Of a stretch of DNA of 64,000 nucleotides, positions 39,040 through 50,074 are shown piece after piece (the stretch's first letter is position 1; the number at the start of each line of letters is the position of its first letter). The position numbers and the translations under genes were made by a program. Source of the stretch: Monocercomonoides exilis PA203. Lineage: Eukaryota > Protista > Preaxostyla. The notes below the pieces were generated by a model. It was not told the DNA's origin. It worked only from the letters and a program-made list of their open reading frames with translations, and did not search any database. The stretch spans positions 558,001 through 622,000 of the forward strand of contig LSRY02000045.1 in NCBI GenBank assembly GCA_001643675.2. The letters are read 5' to 3'.

Positions 39040-40441
39040 AAGAAAACGAACAGGTTCAAGAGACCTTGCAATTATTTGAGAAGATATTATATGGTAAAAT
39101 TTTATCGAAAACAGAGAACAATGAAGAATTGATTTTGATGAAATAGAAATTCCAGGTCGCATCAAGAATCGGAAAATGATGAAAGGAGGCATTTTCTGAG
39201 GGATATTTGGAATTGGGGAATTGGGCTGGAAAGAGGAAAACAAAGGGGATGGCAGACAGAAGGCTGAGAGAGGAGCAGGTATTTTGAGGATATGAGTGCG
39301 AAGAGCATTGTGAAGCCATTTGGAAGGAATTTGGCTGTGGCATTTTTGGCTGTGAATCGAATCGAGCATTTGGGGTCTTGGAAATCGGTTTCTGTTTGTT
39401 TTTGCTCGACTCGTGCTGCTCCAGTCAGACTTTTCACAAGGATGCCGTTTTTGTTGGACAGGATTCTGTTGGAGCGCCAGGTCTTTGCTTCTCTGGGTGC
39501 GCTTGCTATTGACAGAACAACTTTTCTTGATTCTTCTTCGGACATTTTGGTGCTCGGCTTGTCCTCAGAAAATCAGCCACTTAGACCAGTTGGACCAGTT
39601 TAACCGCTTCGCTTCGCTTCATTGGCATTTCAATCTAATCATCTTCATCGTCACCTTTTTCAACATCTTTGTCTTCTTCTTTCATCAAAAAATTATGATA
39701 GCCCTGTGCCGTGTGCCCTGTGCCCTGTGTCCTGTGCATGGGAATGGATGCTGCTGGAGCAAACCTCAGGCGCTCTTGCGATGGAATGGCAGTTGGATGC
39801 TCATTTGCGAGCGAGTGTTTCAGAGAGATTTTGTAAAATGAATTGCGCAGCCACAATTTCGTCAGTCAGCCCTACTTTTGCCGTCTCCTCCTTATCCACC
39901 TGATATGCCTTCCTTCCTTCCTTCCTTCATTCATTCATTCATTCATTCGTTGAATTGTTTGTTGAATCATTCACAAGCCACAGGGATGGATTCTGCATCG
40001 GCTGCGGTGCATCCATGAGCTGTGTCTTGGGCGCTGGCGATATCATTTTTCGCGTCTTGGCGAATGTGGTCATTTGCTGATGCTGCTGCCTTCGAATGGG
40101 GTTGTTATGCTGATTCGCTTGAACTGCTTTTGGTCTTTTTGTGGAAGGGGAGATGCAACCAGGCAATGGGCAGAGTGTTTGAGTTGCTCCCCAACTTGCT
40201 CGAATGAATGATGCTTTTGGCAGAACTTTGCTTTTCCAGCCTTTTCGGCCACGCTGCAGCACATCAGAGGAGGAAGATCCAGCCAGGCAAAAATCGTTCG
40301 CAATATATTTTTTGTTGTTTTTTATTCTATTTTCGAAACTGACAACAAACATGAGAAAGCAAAGATGAAGTGGAGAACGATGCTGATTGAGGAGCTGTCA
40401 GTTTTCTTGAGAGGCACAGAAATCTGTCAGAAATTATTGGT

Positions 40442-40472
<31 letters not shown>

Positions 40473-41398
40473 GAATATTTGTATATTTTTTGTTTGCATC
40501 CTTTTCTTGATTAGCTGTGAGAGAGCATTTTGAGGAGAGAGCAGACTTTTATTTGTTTGTTGAAGGAGAATGGGGAATGGGAGTTGGGAGAGAAAGGAGA
40601 GCGGATGAAGAAAGAAACTGGAGAAGGCAAAAGCAGAAGGGGAATAGGAGACAAAAGGAATGCCATTTGCAGCATTGCATGAGAAGTACGATCTTCTTCT
40701 TCTTCTTCTTCTTCACCTTTTTCAACTTTATTGACTTCTTCATCGATGTATTTTCCAAATTTATCATCGTCTTCATCGTCTTCATCTACTGCTTCTTCTT
40801 CTTCTTCTGCTGCTGCTGCTGTTTCTGTTCTGGAGCAGTGCGATCCTCAGATGCTGTCGAAAGCTGAGATAATAAATGAGATGAAGCTTCTAATGTGATT
40901 GGTGCGGTTGGTGCGATTGCTTGCATTTTAGCGAGGTGGGTGGAGACGAGGGAGGAGGAAAAGGAGTCGGAGTGCAATGAGGCAAGGAATGTGCTGCTGT
41001 CAGATGATGATGAGGCATGGAGGATGATTTTTTGTGGATTGGCTGGTTTTGGTGTGGATGGAATTTTGGTGGAGTATTTTGTTGTGGTGGTTGGTGGATG
41101 GAGTTTGGAGGGGTGGGCAAGAGCTGGATGAAGCATGAATGATGGGAGTGAGCGTTGTTAGCTGGCTGCGGGCGATAGAAGGAGAATGCTGGGAAAAGCA
41201 AGAGACTCAAAAGAGAAAGGAAAAGAAGAATATGGAGAGGGATTTTTCGGAGGGAGAGAAGAAAAAGGAGACTGAAGAATAAGGATGCAAAAATACAAAC
41301 GGTTTGCATTTATTTTATCAGATTGATTGATTTTTCCCTTCAAAAAATTAAATAATTATGTTGAAAAAAATAACATTATTCATTTCTATTTTAATGAT

Positions 41399-41534
41399 AT
41401 TTTCATATTTTCATATTTTCATATTTTCATATTTTCATATTTTCATATTTTCATATTTTCATATTTTCATATTTTCATATTTTCATATTTTCATATTTTC
41501 ATATTTTCATATTTTCATATTTTCATATTTTCAT
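41399..41534 (+). repeat. (ATTTTCAT)n octamer array, ~17 units
   Basis: Seen directly. Confidence 0.95.
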
Positions 41535-41813
41535 ATTTTTTATATCTTGCGATATTAGAATTTCAGCATGGGCGCTCTTTAGCAAGGGGGTAACAAGGAA
41601 CTTGGAAGCGCTGGCGTTCGAGCGAATTTGGAATTATGGCAGAAGATGGCGACTGAGGGGCAATGAGCTGAATCAGCTGGGAAAGAGCTTGATAGATTCA
41701 TAAATTATATAAGGCATTGGCAGAGAAAAGGAGCTTTTACATTTTTTTTTACAAGAATTCTTTTATGAGCAGCAGAAAGAGACAAGAAAAGGGTTGCAGA
41801 ATAATTTGAGATT

Positions 41814-43737
41814 TTGATGAAAATTGTATTGAGAGGGATGGGGCAGACGAGGAACGAGAGAGAATGTGGAGGAGGAAGAGGAAGGGGTGAAGGAGGAGAG
41901 AGAGGAGGACAACGAGGAGGTGGAGGAAGAAGAGGTGGAGAAGGAAGAGGAAGCGAAGGAAGAGAAGAAGAAAGTGAAGGAGGTGGGAGTGTATTGGTGA
42001 GTGAGTCGTACTTCTCATCTTTTTGTGTGTCTTCAGCCCCGTTTCTGGCGCCTCCCCTGACACCACTTGTGACACTCACCCGACTGGCCTTCTTCAACAT
42101 CTCCACAAATCCATCGAAAACAACACATCTGGGTGAAGGGCTGGGCCAAACATCATTTCTGATGAGTGGATGTGAATTTGTGTCAGTGTGGGATGTGTAT
42201 GATGGGGGCATTGTCCCCTCGCTGAACAGCCCCTCATCATCCTTGGCTGCCTCGAACACCTCGTTTGTCAGGTGCTATCGATCACAGAATGTTGCAGTCA
42301 GCGGGAGTGAGGGGAATCCATCGAAACCAGCGAGACAGCAGATAACAGACAATGGGGCAAATTCATTCACTTGGTGTGTGTGGAATGGGTCAAATACAAC
42401 TGGAAATCAAAATTCTGTTTCAGATGGAGTTTCGAGTGGAGGAGCTATAAACATGTATGGTTTGTCATCAGGAACACTTTCAGTGAAATTTTGTTCTTTC
42501 AACAACTGCTATGCAAACTATGCTGGGGGAGGTATTTTTGCTATTCAATCAATTCAGTCAAGATTGAGAACAACTCATTCAATGCTTGTACAGCAAAAAA
42601 TTGCTACGGAGGGGGATGTATGCTTATTCGATTTCAACATGTGTCAGGATCAGTGGGTGCGAGTTCCAGAACTGTAAGGCATATAGTAATGGAGGAGGAC
42701 TTTTTCTTAATTCTTTTAATGTTTCTGGATCTTCATGTATTGGAACAGAAAATGGGAAAGGCGAGAGCGCTTGTGTGTTTGAGTGCTTATTCACTTCGTG
42801 CTCACTGACAGATAGATTTGGCGGAGGGATGTATTGCGATAATGTCCCTTCTGCAATCAAAATGAGGAGCCTCCAGTTCATTTCGTGCTCAGCGGTGTCG
42901 TATGGCGGAGGATTGTATTTCAGGACATATCAATCAACAGCCCCAAGCAACAATCATTATTGCTATTTCTTCTTCTTCCACGATTGCAGTTGCAACGCTT
43001 CCACTCCATATGGCCACGATGTGTATTTTGAAGATCGATACAATCTTTTTTCATCGAACAATCCTTTTTATGAATCGTACACAACGAATAGCAATGATAC
43101 AAGAGTGTGCCTCCAATATTATAATGGAAGCAGTTGGGTGCCTCAACATACAGAAAAGAAGGGATGGTTGAAGGAGGGGATGAAAGATCGGTACGTTGGG
43201 GTGAGTGGAGATGACGCAAACAATCTGTGTGGGATGAGCGAGTCAGCACCGTGCAAGACAGTGGGGCATGCAGTGGGGTCGAGCATGGCGCAGCTGAGCT
43301 CGACAATCACGTTGCTGGGTGGGAAGCATGTGAGTGAAGAGAAGACGATCAGTGTTGGGGAAAAGAAGATAATAATAACAGGGAGAGGGAAGGCAGTGAG
43401 TGTGATTGGGACGAATTCTCTCTCTTCGTTTTCTCCAACGCTGTTTAGCATATCTTCTGGCCAACTGGAGGTGGGGCATGTGGGGATCGATCACAACTCG
43501 ATGAGAAGCTCATCGCCGAGTGTGTTTGTGGTGTCACTGGGGAGCGGGACACTTTCGCTGGAGGATGTGGTGATCAACTCTTCGACGCCAGGAGGGAGTG
43601 GAATGACGAAGTGTGTGTTTGAAGTGGCACTGAGGCAGTTGAAGACGATTGATGTGGAGATTGAAAACATGAAAATATCACAGCCTCTTTTCGCTGAACC
43701 ATCACAAACAGGATTGGCATTGGGAGAAAATTATTAA
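41814..43737 (+). pseudogene. Truncated surface-protein cassette, palindrome 3 left arm (two homopolymer frameshifts)
   Basis: Matches 46346-48271 except 1-nt losses in a T run (~42537) and a G run (~42612). Confidence 0.85.
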
Positions 43738-46345
43738 TTATTTATTTTATTTTGACTTCACAACACACAAACTGAAGAGAGAGAAAAAAATAGAAATTCT
43801 GAGATTAACTTTTTGTTATCTTTTTTATTGAAATGAAATATGATGAAGTGTTATTTTGCATTGAGCATACGTATGCTTTATGAAAAATATTTTTTTTTTT
43901 TTTTTATGAAATTGATTTGTTGATAAAAATTTTGTGGATGCATGAAAAGATGAAATAAATGATAAAAACCACCAAAAACAATAGCAAAATTGTTAATTAT
44001 GAATTATTTCAAATTTCATTTTTTTAACAAATTATTCCAAAAATGATTCTTTTATTGAGAGTTATGTTCCAAAAATTGTTCGATGCCAAACATTGCAACA
44101 AAAATCGAAAAAGTTATTATTAAGAAAACAGAATATATCAACAATAATGATTTTGAAAATGATTTCAGATTGTGAAAAGTGTAAAATTGTTAAAGATTTT
44201 TAAATGAGCTGCTTCTGTTTTCTGATGATTGTGAATCATGAACACCACAGATAATTTTGTTTCAATGAGTAAATTATTGTGAAGTTATTGAATATTATTC
44301 AAACTCTGAAAAACATATTATTTTCATTCACTTTTTGAAAAGAATAATTTTGAAGATAAAAGAAGGATTTGTGTCAAATTATTTATAGGGATCTGTATTT
44401 TTTTTCATAATATTGTTCAAATGAAAATTTGTTCACAAATGGGTGATTATTCTTGATATCAAACAATATTTCTTGGAGTGAATTATTTCCATTATTCACT
44501 TTTCAATGAAGTTATTTGTGTTGAATCGAAATTGACACAAAGAATGGTGATGAACAATAAATGTGATATTTTTTCCTTTCAGAGAGTCAATTGATGTTGT
44601 TTTCCAACAATCATTAAAAATCTGAATTGATTGACAGAACGTGTCTGATCTCAAAAAATAGAATAGCCTTGAATAGCATAATCCTCAAAACAATGAATTA
44701 TTATTGGAATAGTATCAACAATTAATCTCTAGAAAAAGACATTTGATTTTGAAACACACATCTCTTGCTCATTTCTCAATGATTATCAGTTGTTGAGTCT
44801 TTTCATCTCAAACAAATGTTTTGAAATATTTTTCTTCTTGATCCTTTTTATTTATCTTCAGATGTTTCAACTTTTGATCAGAAAGTGGCTAATTGGGAAA
44901 GAATTGGAATAACAAGGTGAAGAGGAAAAAGGGTTGGGCATTTTTAATTTTTAAAAGAAACAAAAACATGTCAAAAATTAAAAAGAATGTGAAATGAAAT
45001 CATTCAATTTTCTTTGTTCCAAAATATTCAAATGTCTCTATTAATCAGCAAAAACAAACAATTTTTCCATTAATGAAGATGATTTCATTTCATATTTTCA
45101 ATATACAAATGAATATATGTTTCTTTTCAAAAAGAATAATGCTTATCCATCTTTCCTCTTCACCTTGTTATTCCAATTCTTTCCCAATTAGCCACTTTCT
45201 GATCAAAAGTTGAAACATCTGAAGATAAATAAAAAGGATCAAGAAGAAAAATATTTCAAAACATTTGTTTGAGATGAAAAGACTCAACAACTGATAATCA
45301 TTGAGAAATGAGCAAGAGATGTGTGTTTCAAAATCAAATGTCTTTTTCTAGAGATTAATTGTTGATACTATTCCAATAATAATTCATTGTTTTGAGGATT
45401 ATGCTATTCAAGGCTATTCTATTTTTTGAGATCAGACACGTTCTGTCAATCAATTCAGATTTTTAATGATTGTTGGAAAACAACATCAATTGACTCTCTG
45501 AAAGGAAAAAATATCACATTTATTGTTCATCACCATTCTTTGTGTCAATTTCGATTCAACACAAATAACTTCATTGAAAAGTGAATAATGGAAATAATTC
45601 ACTCCAAGAAATATTGTTTGATATCAAGAATAATCACCCATTTGTGAACAAATTTTCATTTGAACAATATTATGAAAAAAAATACAGATCCCTATAAATA
45701 ATTTGACACAAATCCTTCTTTTATCTTCAAAATTATTCTTTTCAAAAAGTGAATGAAAATAATATGTTTTTCAGAGTTTGAATAATATTCAATAACTTCA
45801 CAATAATTTACTCATTGAAACAAAATTATCTGTGGTGTTCATGATTCACAATCATCAGAAAACAGAAGCAGCTCATTTAAAAATCTTTAACAATTTTACA
45901 CTTTTCACAATCTGAAATCATTTTCAAAATCATTATTGTTGATATATTCTGTTTTCTTAATAATAACTTTTTCGATTTTTGTTGCAATGTTTGGCATCGA
46001 ACAATTTTTGGAACATAACTCTCAATAAAAGAATCATTTTTGGAATAATTTGTTAAAAAAATGAAATTTGAAATAATTCATAATTAACAATTTTGCTATT
46101 GTTTTTGGTGGTTTTTATCATTTATTTCATCTTTTCATGCATCCACAAAATTTTTATCAACAAATCAATTTCATAAAAAAAAAAAAAAAAAAATATTTTT
46201 CATAAAGCATACGTATGCTCAATGCAAAATAACACTTCATCATATTTCATTTCAATAAAAAAGATAACAAAAAGTTAATCTCAGAATTTCTATTTTTTTC
46301 TCTCTCTTCAGTTTGTGTGTTGTGAAGTCAAAATAAAATAAATAA

Positions 46346-48271
46346 TTAATAATTTTCTCCCAATGCCAATCCTGTTTGTGATGGTTCAGCGAAAAGAGGC
46401 TGTGATATTTTCATGTTTTCAATCTCCACATCAATCGTCTTCAACTGCCTCAGTGCCACTTCAAACACACACTTCGTCATTCCACTCCCTCCTGGCGTCG
46501 AAGAGTTGATCACCACATCCTCCAGCGAAAGTGTCCCGCTCCCCAGTGACACCACAAACACACTCGGCGATGAGCTTCTCATCGAGTTGTGATCGATCCC
46601 CACATGCCCCACCTCCAGTTGGCCAGAAGATATGCTAAACAGCGTTGGAGAAAACGAAGAGAGAGAATTCGTCCCAATCACACTCACTGCCTTCCCTCTC
46701 CCTGTTATTATTATCTTCTTTTCCCCAACACTGATCGTCTTCTCTTCACTCACATGCTTCCCACCCAGCAACGTGATTGTCGAGCTCAGCTGCGCCATGC
46801 TCGACCCCACTGCATGCCCCACTGTCTTGCACGGTGCTGACTCGCTCATCCCACACAGATTGTTTGCGTCATCTCCACTCACCCCAACGTACCGATCTTT
46901 CATCCCCTCCTTCAACCATCCCTTCTTTTCTGTATGTTGAGGCACCCAACTGCTTCCATTATAATATTGGAGGCACACTCTTGTATCATTGCTATTCGTT
47001 GTGTACGATTCATAAAAAGGATTGTTCGATGAAAAAAGATTGTATCGATCTTCAAAATACACATCGTGGCCATATGGAGTGGAAGCGTTGCAACTGCAAT
47101 CGTGGAAGAAGAAGAAATAGCAATAATGATTGTTGCTTGGGGCTGTTGATTGATATGTCCTGAAATACAATCCTCCGCCATACGACACCGCTGAGCACGA
47201 AATGAACTGGAGGCTCCTCATTTTGATTGCAGAAGGGACATTATCGCAATACATCCCTCCGCCAAATCTATCTGTCAGTGAGCACGAAGTGAATAAGCAC
47301 TCAAACACACAAGCGCTCTCGCCTTTCCCATTTTCTGTTCCAATACATGAAGATCCAGAAACATTAAAAGAATTAAGAAAAAGTCCTCCTCCATTACTAT
47401 ATGCCTTACAGTTCTGGAACTCGCACCCACTGATCCTGACACATGTTGAAATCGAATAAGCATACATCCCCCCTCCGTAGCAATTTTTTGCTGTACAAGC
47501 ATTGAATGAGTTGTTCTCAATCTTGACTGAATTGATTGAATAGCAAAAAATACCTCCCCCAGCATAGTTTGCATAGCAGTTGTTGAAAGAACAAAATTTC
47601 ACTGAAAGTGTTCCTGATGACAAACCATACATGTTTATAGCTCCTCCACTCGAAACTCCATCTGAAACAGAATTTTGATTTCCAGTTGTATTTGACCCAT
47701 TCCACACACACCAAGTGAATGAATTTGCCCCATTGTCTGTTATCTGCTGTCTCGCTGGTTTCGATGGATTCCCCTCACTCCCGCTGACTGCAACATTCTG
47801 TGATCGATAGCACCTGACAAACGAGGTGTTCGAGGCAGCCAAGGATGATGAGGGGCTGTTCAGCGAGGGGACAATGCCCCCATCATACACATCCCACACT
47901 GACACAAATTCACATCCACTCATCAGAAATGATGTTTGGCCCAGCCCTTCACCCAGATGTGTTGTTTTCGATGGATTTGTGGAGATGTTGAAGAAGGCCA
48001 GTCGGGTGAGTGTCACAAGTGGTGTCAGGGGAGGCGCCAGAAACGGGGCTGAAGACACACAAAAAGATGAGAAGTACGACTCACTCACCAATACACTCCC
48101 ACCTCCTTCACTTTCTTCTTCTCTTCCTTCGCTTCCTCTTCCTTCTCCACCTCTTCTTCCTCCACCTCCTCGTTGTCCTCCTCTCTCTCCTCCTTCACCC
48201 CTTCCTCTTCCTCCTCCACATTCTCTCTCGTTCCTCGTCTGCCCCATCCCTCTCAATACAATTTTCATCAA
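46346..48271 (-). CDS. 5'- and 3'-truncated surface-protein cassette, palindrome 3 right arm (open 641 aa)
   Basis: Homolog of the N-terminal region of 13296-22100; no signal peptide or TM. Confidence 0.7.
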   Translation of the reverse strand: MMKIVLRGMGQTRNERECGGGRGRGEGGERGGQRGGGGRRGGEGRGSEGREEESEGGGSVLVSESYFSSFCVSSAPFLAPPLTPLVTLTRLAFFNISTNPSKTTHLGEGLGQTSFLMSGCEFVSVWDVYDGGIVPSLNSPSSSLAASNTSFVRCYRSQNVAVSGSEGNPSKPARQQITDNGANSFTWCVWNGSNTTGNQNSVSDGVSSGGAINMYGLSSGTLSVKFCSFNNCYANYAGGGIFCYSINSVKIENNSFNACTAKNCYGGGMYAYSISTCVRISGCEFQNCKAYSNGGGLFLNSFNVSGSSCIGTENGKGESACVFECLFTSCSLTDRFGGGMYCDNVPSAIKMRSLQFISCSAVSYGGGLYFRTYQSTAPSNNHYCYFFFFHDCSCNASTPYGHDVYFEDRYNLFSSNNPFYESYTTNSNDTRVCLQYYNGSSWVPQHTEKKGWLKEGMKDRYVGVSGDDANNLCGMSESAPCKTVGHAVGSSMAQLSSTITLLGGKHVSEEKTISVGEKKIIITGRGKAVSVIGTNSLSSFSPTLFSISSGQLEVGHVGIDHNSMRSSSPSVFVVSLGSGTLSLEDVVINSSTPGGSGMTKCVFEVALRQLKTIDVEIENMKISQPLFAEPSQTGLALGENY

Positions 48272-48550
48272 AATCTCAAATTATTCTGCAACCCTTTTCT
48301 TGTCTCTTTCTGCTGCTCATAAAAGAATTCTTGTAAAAAAAAATGTAAAAGCTCCTTTTCTCTGCCAATGCCTTATATAATTTATGAATCTATCAAGCTC
48401 TTTCCCAGCTGATTCAGCTCATTGCCCCTCAGTCGCCATCTTCTGCCATAATTCCAAATTCGCTCGAACGCCAGCGCTTCCAAGTTCCTTGTTACCCCCT
48501 TGCTAAAGAGCGCCCATGCTGAAATTCTAATATCGCAAGATATAAAAAAT

Positions 48551-48774
48551 ATGAAAATATGAAAATATGAAAATATGAAAATATGAAAATATGAAAATAT
48601 GAAAATATGAAAATATGAAAATATGAAAATATGAAAATATGAAAATATGAAAATATGAAAATATGAAAATATGAAAATATGAAAATATGAAAATATGAAA
48701 ATATGAAAATATGAAAATATGAAAATATGAAAATATGAAAATATGAAAATATGAAAATATGAAAATATGAAAAT
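48551..48774 (-). repeat. (ATGAAAAT)n octamer array, ~28 units (mirror of the 41399 array)
   Basis: Seen directly. Confidence 0.95.
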
Positions 48775-50074
48775 ATCATTAAAATAGAAATTATAAATGT
48801 TATTTTTTTCAACATAATTGTATCATTTTTTGAAGGGAAAAGTCAATCAATCTGATTAAATAAATGCAAACCATTTGCATTTTTGAATTCTTATTCTTTT
48901 TCTTTTTTTTGCATATTTCTGTAAATATCAGTTCCGCCTTTCTTCAGGCTTTCCCTCACCAATTCTATTCATCCGCTGCACTCATCATTTTCCATTCATC
49001 ATTTTGGCAATTATCTTTCGTTCTATTCCTCAAAAACAGCTCCTTGAAATGTCTCATCCCCTTCCTTCATTTCACTCCAGCTCTCTTTGAACAATTCAGT
49101 CACATCCAGAAAAGCTGTTCTGCCCATCATCAAAGAAAGGCCTTCTTCCATCTCAAACTTTTGTAGAACTGTCCTTAATTCTCTCATCCAACCTGTTCCG
49201 CTCTGAAACAAGCACTTTGTAAGAGAGAAGAAAGAGCCAAGGCACAAAGGAATAAAGAAATTCATGTTTCAGTGTTCCTGATAATGATTGAAATTGATGC
49301 AGAAATAAAAAAAACAGAGAAATTTGAAAAATAATAAAACAGAATTTCAATAAACCTTCAGTGCATTTATTCAGAAAAATAACCTTTGCTCCAAATCAAC
49401 CATTTCAACACAAAAGAATAAAAAAGCAGATCCGGTTTTGTACACTTTTGCTAGACAATTGAAACAAAATTCTATCATTAGAAATGATCAAAAACTTAAA
49501 ACGAAACTCCAACCGCATCAAATAATTTATTGCTCTGTTTTCTTTGCAATGACTTTTACATTAGTGTGCATGTGTAAGTTGTTCTAAACATTTATAATTT
49601 GAACTTCTTTCAAAGTGTATAAAAAACTTTCGGCACATGGGAACTGTCGGGTTTATTTCCATTAAATTATTATCATTTCCATTTCAAAATAATTTCTCTT
49701 TTGAACATTTTTAAAAATTGTGCTGTAAATCAACTTTTTCTGTTGATTCTGCAAGTTGGATGCTGCATTCAAAAATTTTGATAAATCATTCAGAGATAGA
49801 AAAATTCATAAAAGAAAAATATGAAAATTAAAATTCAAAAACAGTGAATCAGAAAGGAAAAATTTAAATAAATACGAACAATAAATAATGAGCGTTGTTG
49901 AATGAAATTCAACTTTTCTTTGAAAGCTGGAAGAATTTATTAAAATATGTTCAACAAAGCATTGAATTTGGGTCTTATATTTATAAAAAGTTTAAAATTA
50001 TTATAAATTCGCAGAATCCTCCAATGAAAATTTTAAATTTTCTTTAAAATTGTTTATTTGTGAAATATATAACT

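Larger units (their letters stand above)
41290..48885. repeat. Palindrome 3: ~3.7-kb arms, 81-bp spacer at 45001-45081
   Basis: Mirror ORFs 41705/48380, 42902/47181, 43143/46940; mirror sums 90080-90085. Confidence 0.97.

Noticed and set aside
39050-41280. Genes between palindromes 2 and 3
   Set aside because: Only short low-complexity ORFs and microsatellites; no recognisable product.
41399-41534. Interstitial telomere
   Set aside because: ATTTTCAT lacks the G-run typical of telomeric repeats.
41565-41625. tRNA or SINE-like head (TAGCAAGGGGG .. GTTCGAG)
   Set aside because: Box spacing is short and no convincing cloverleaf forms.
1-48885. Palindromes as pure fold-back or amplification artefacts
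   Set aside because: Arms differ by substitution tracts and repeat copy number, fade gradually into unique flanks, and two share a conserved spacer. Raw-read confirmation is still needed.
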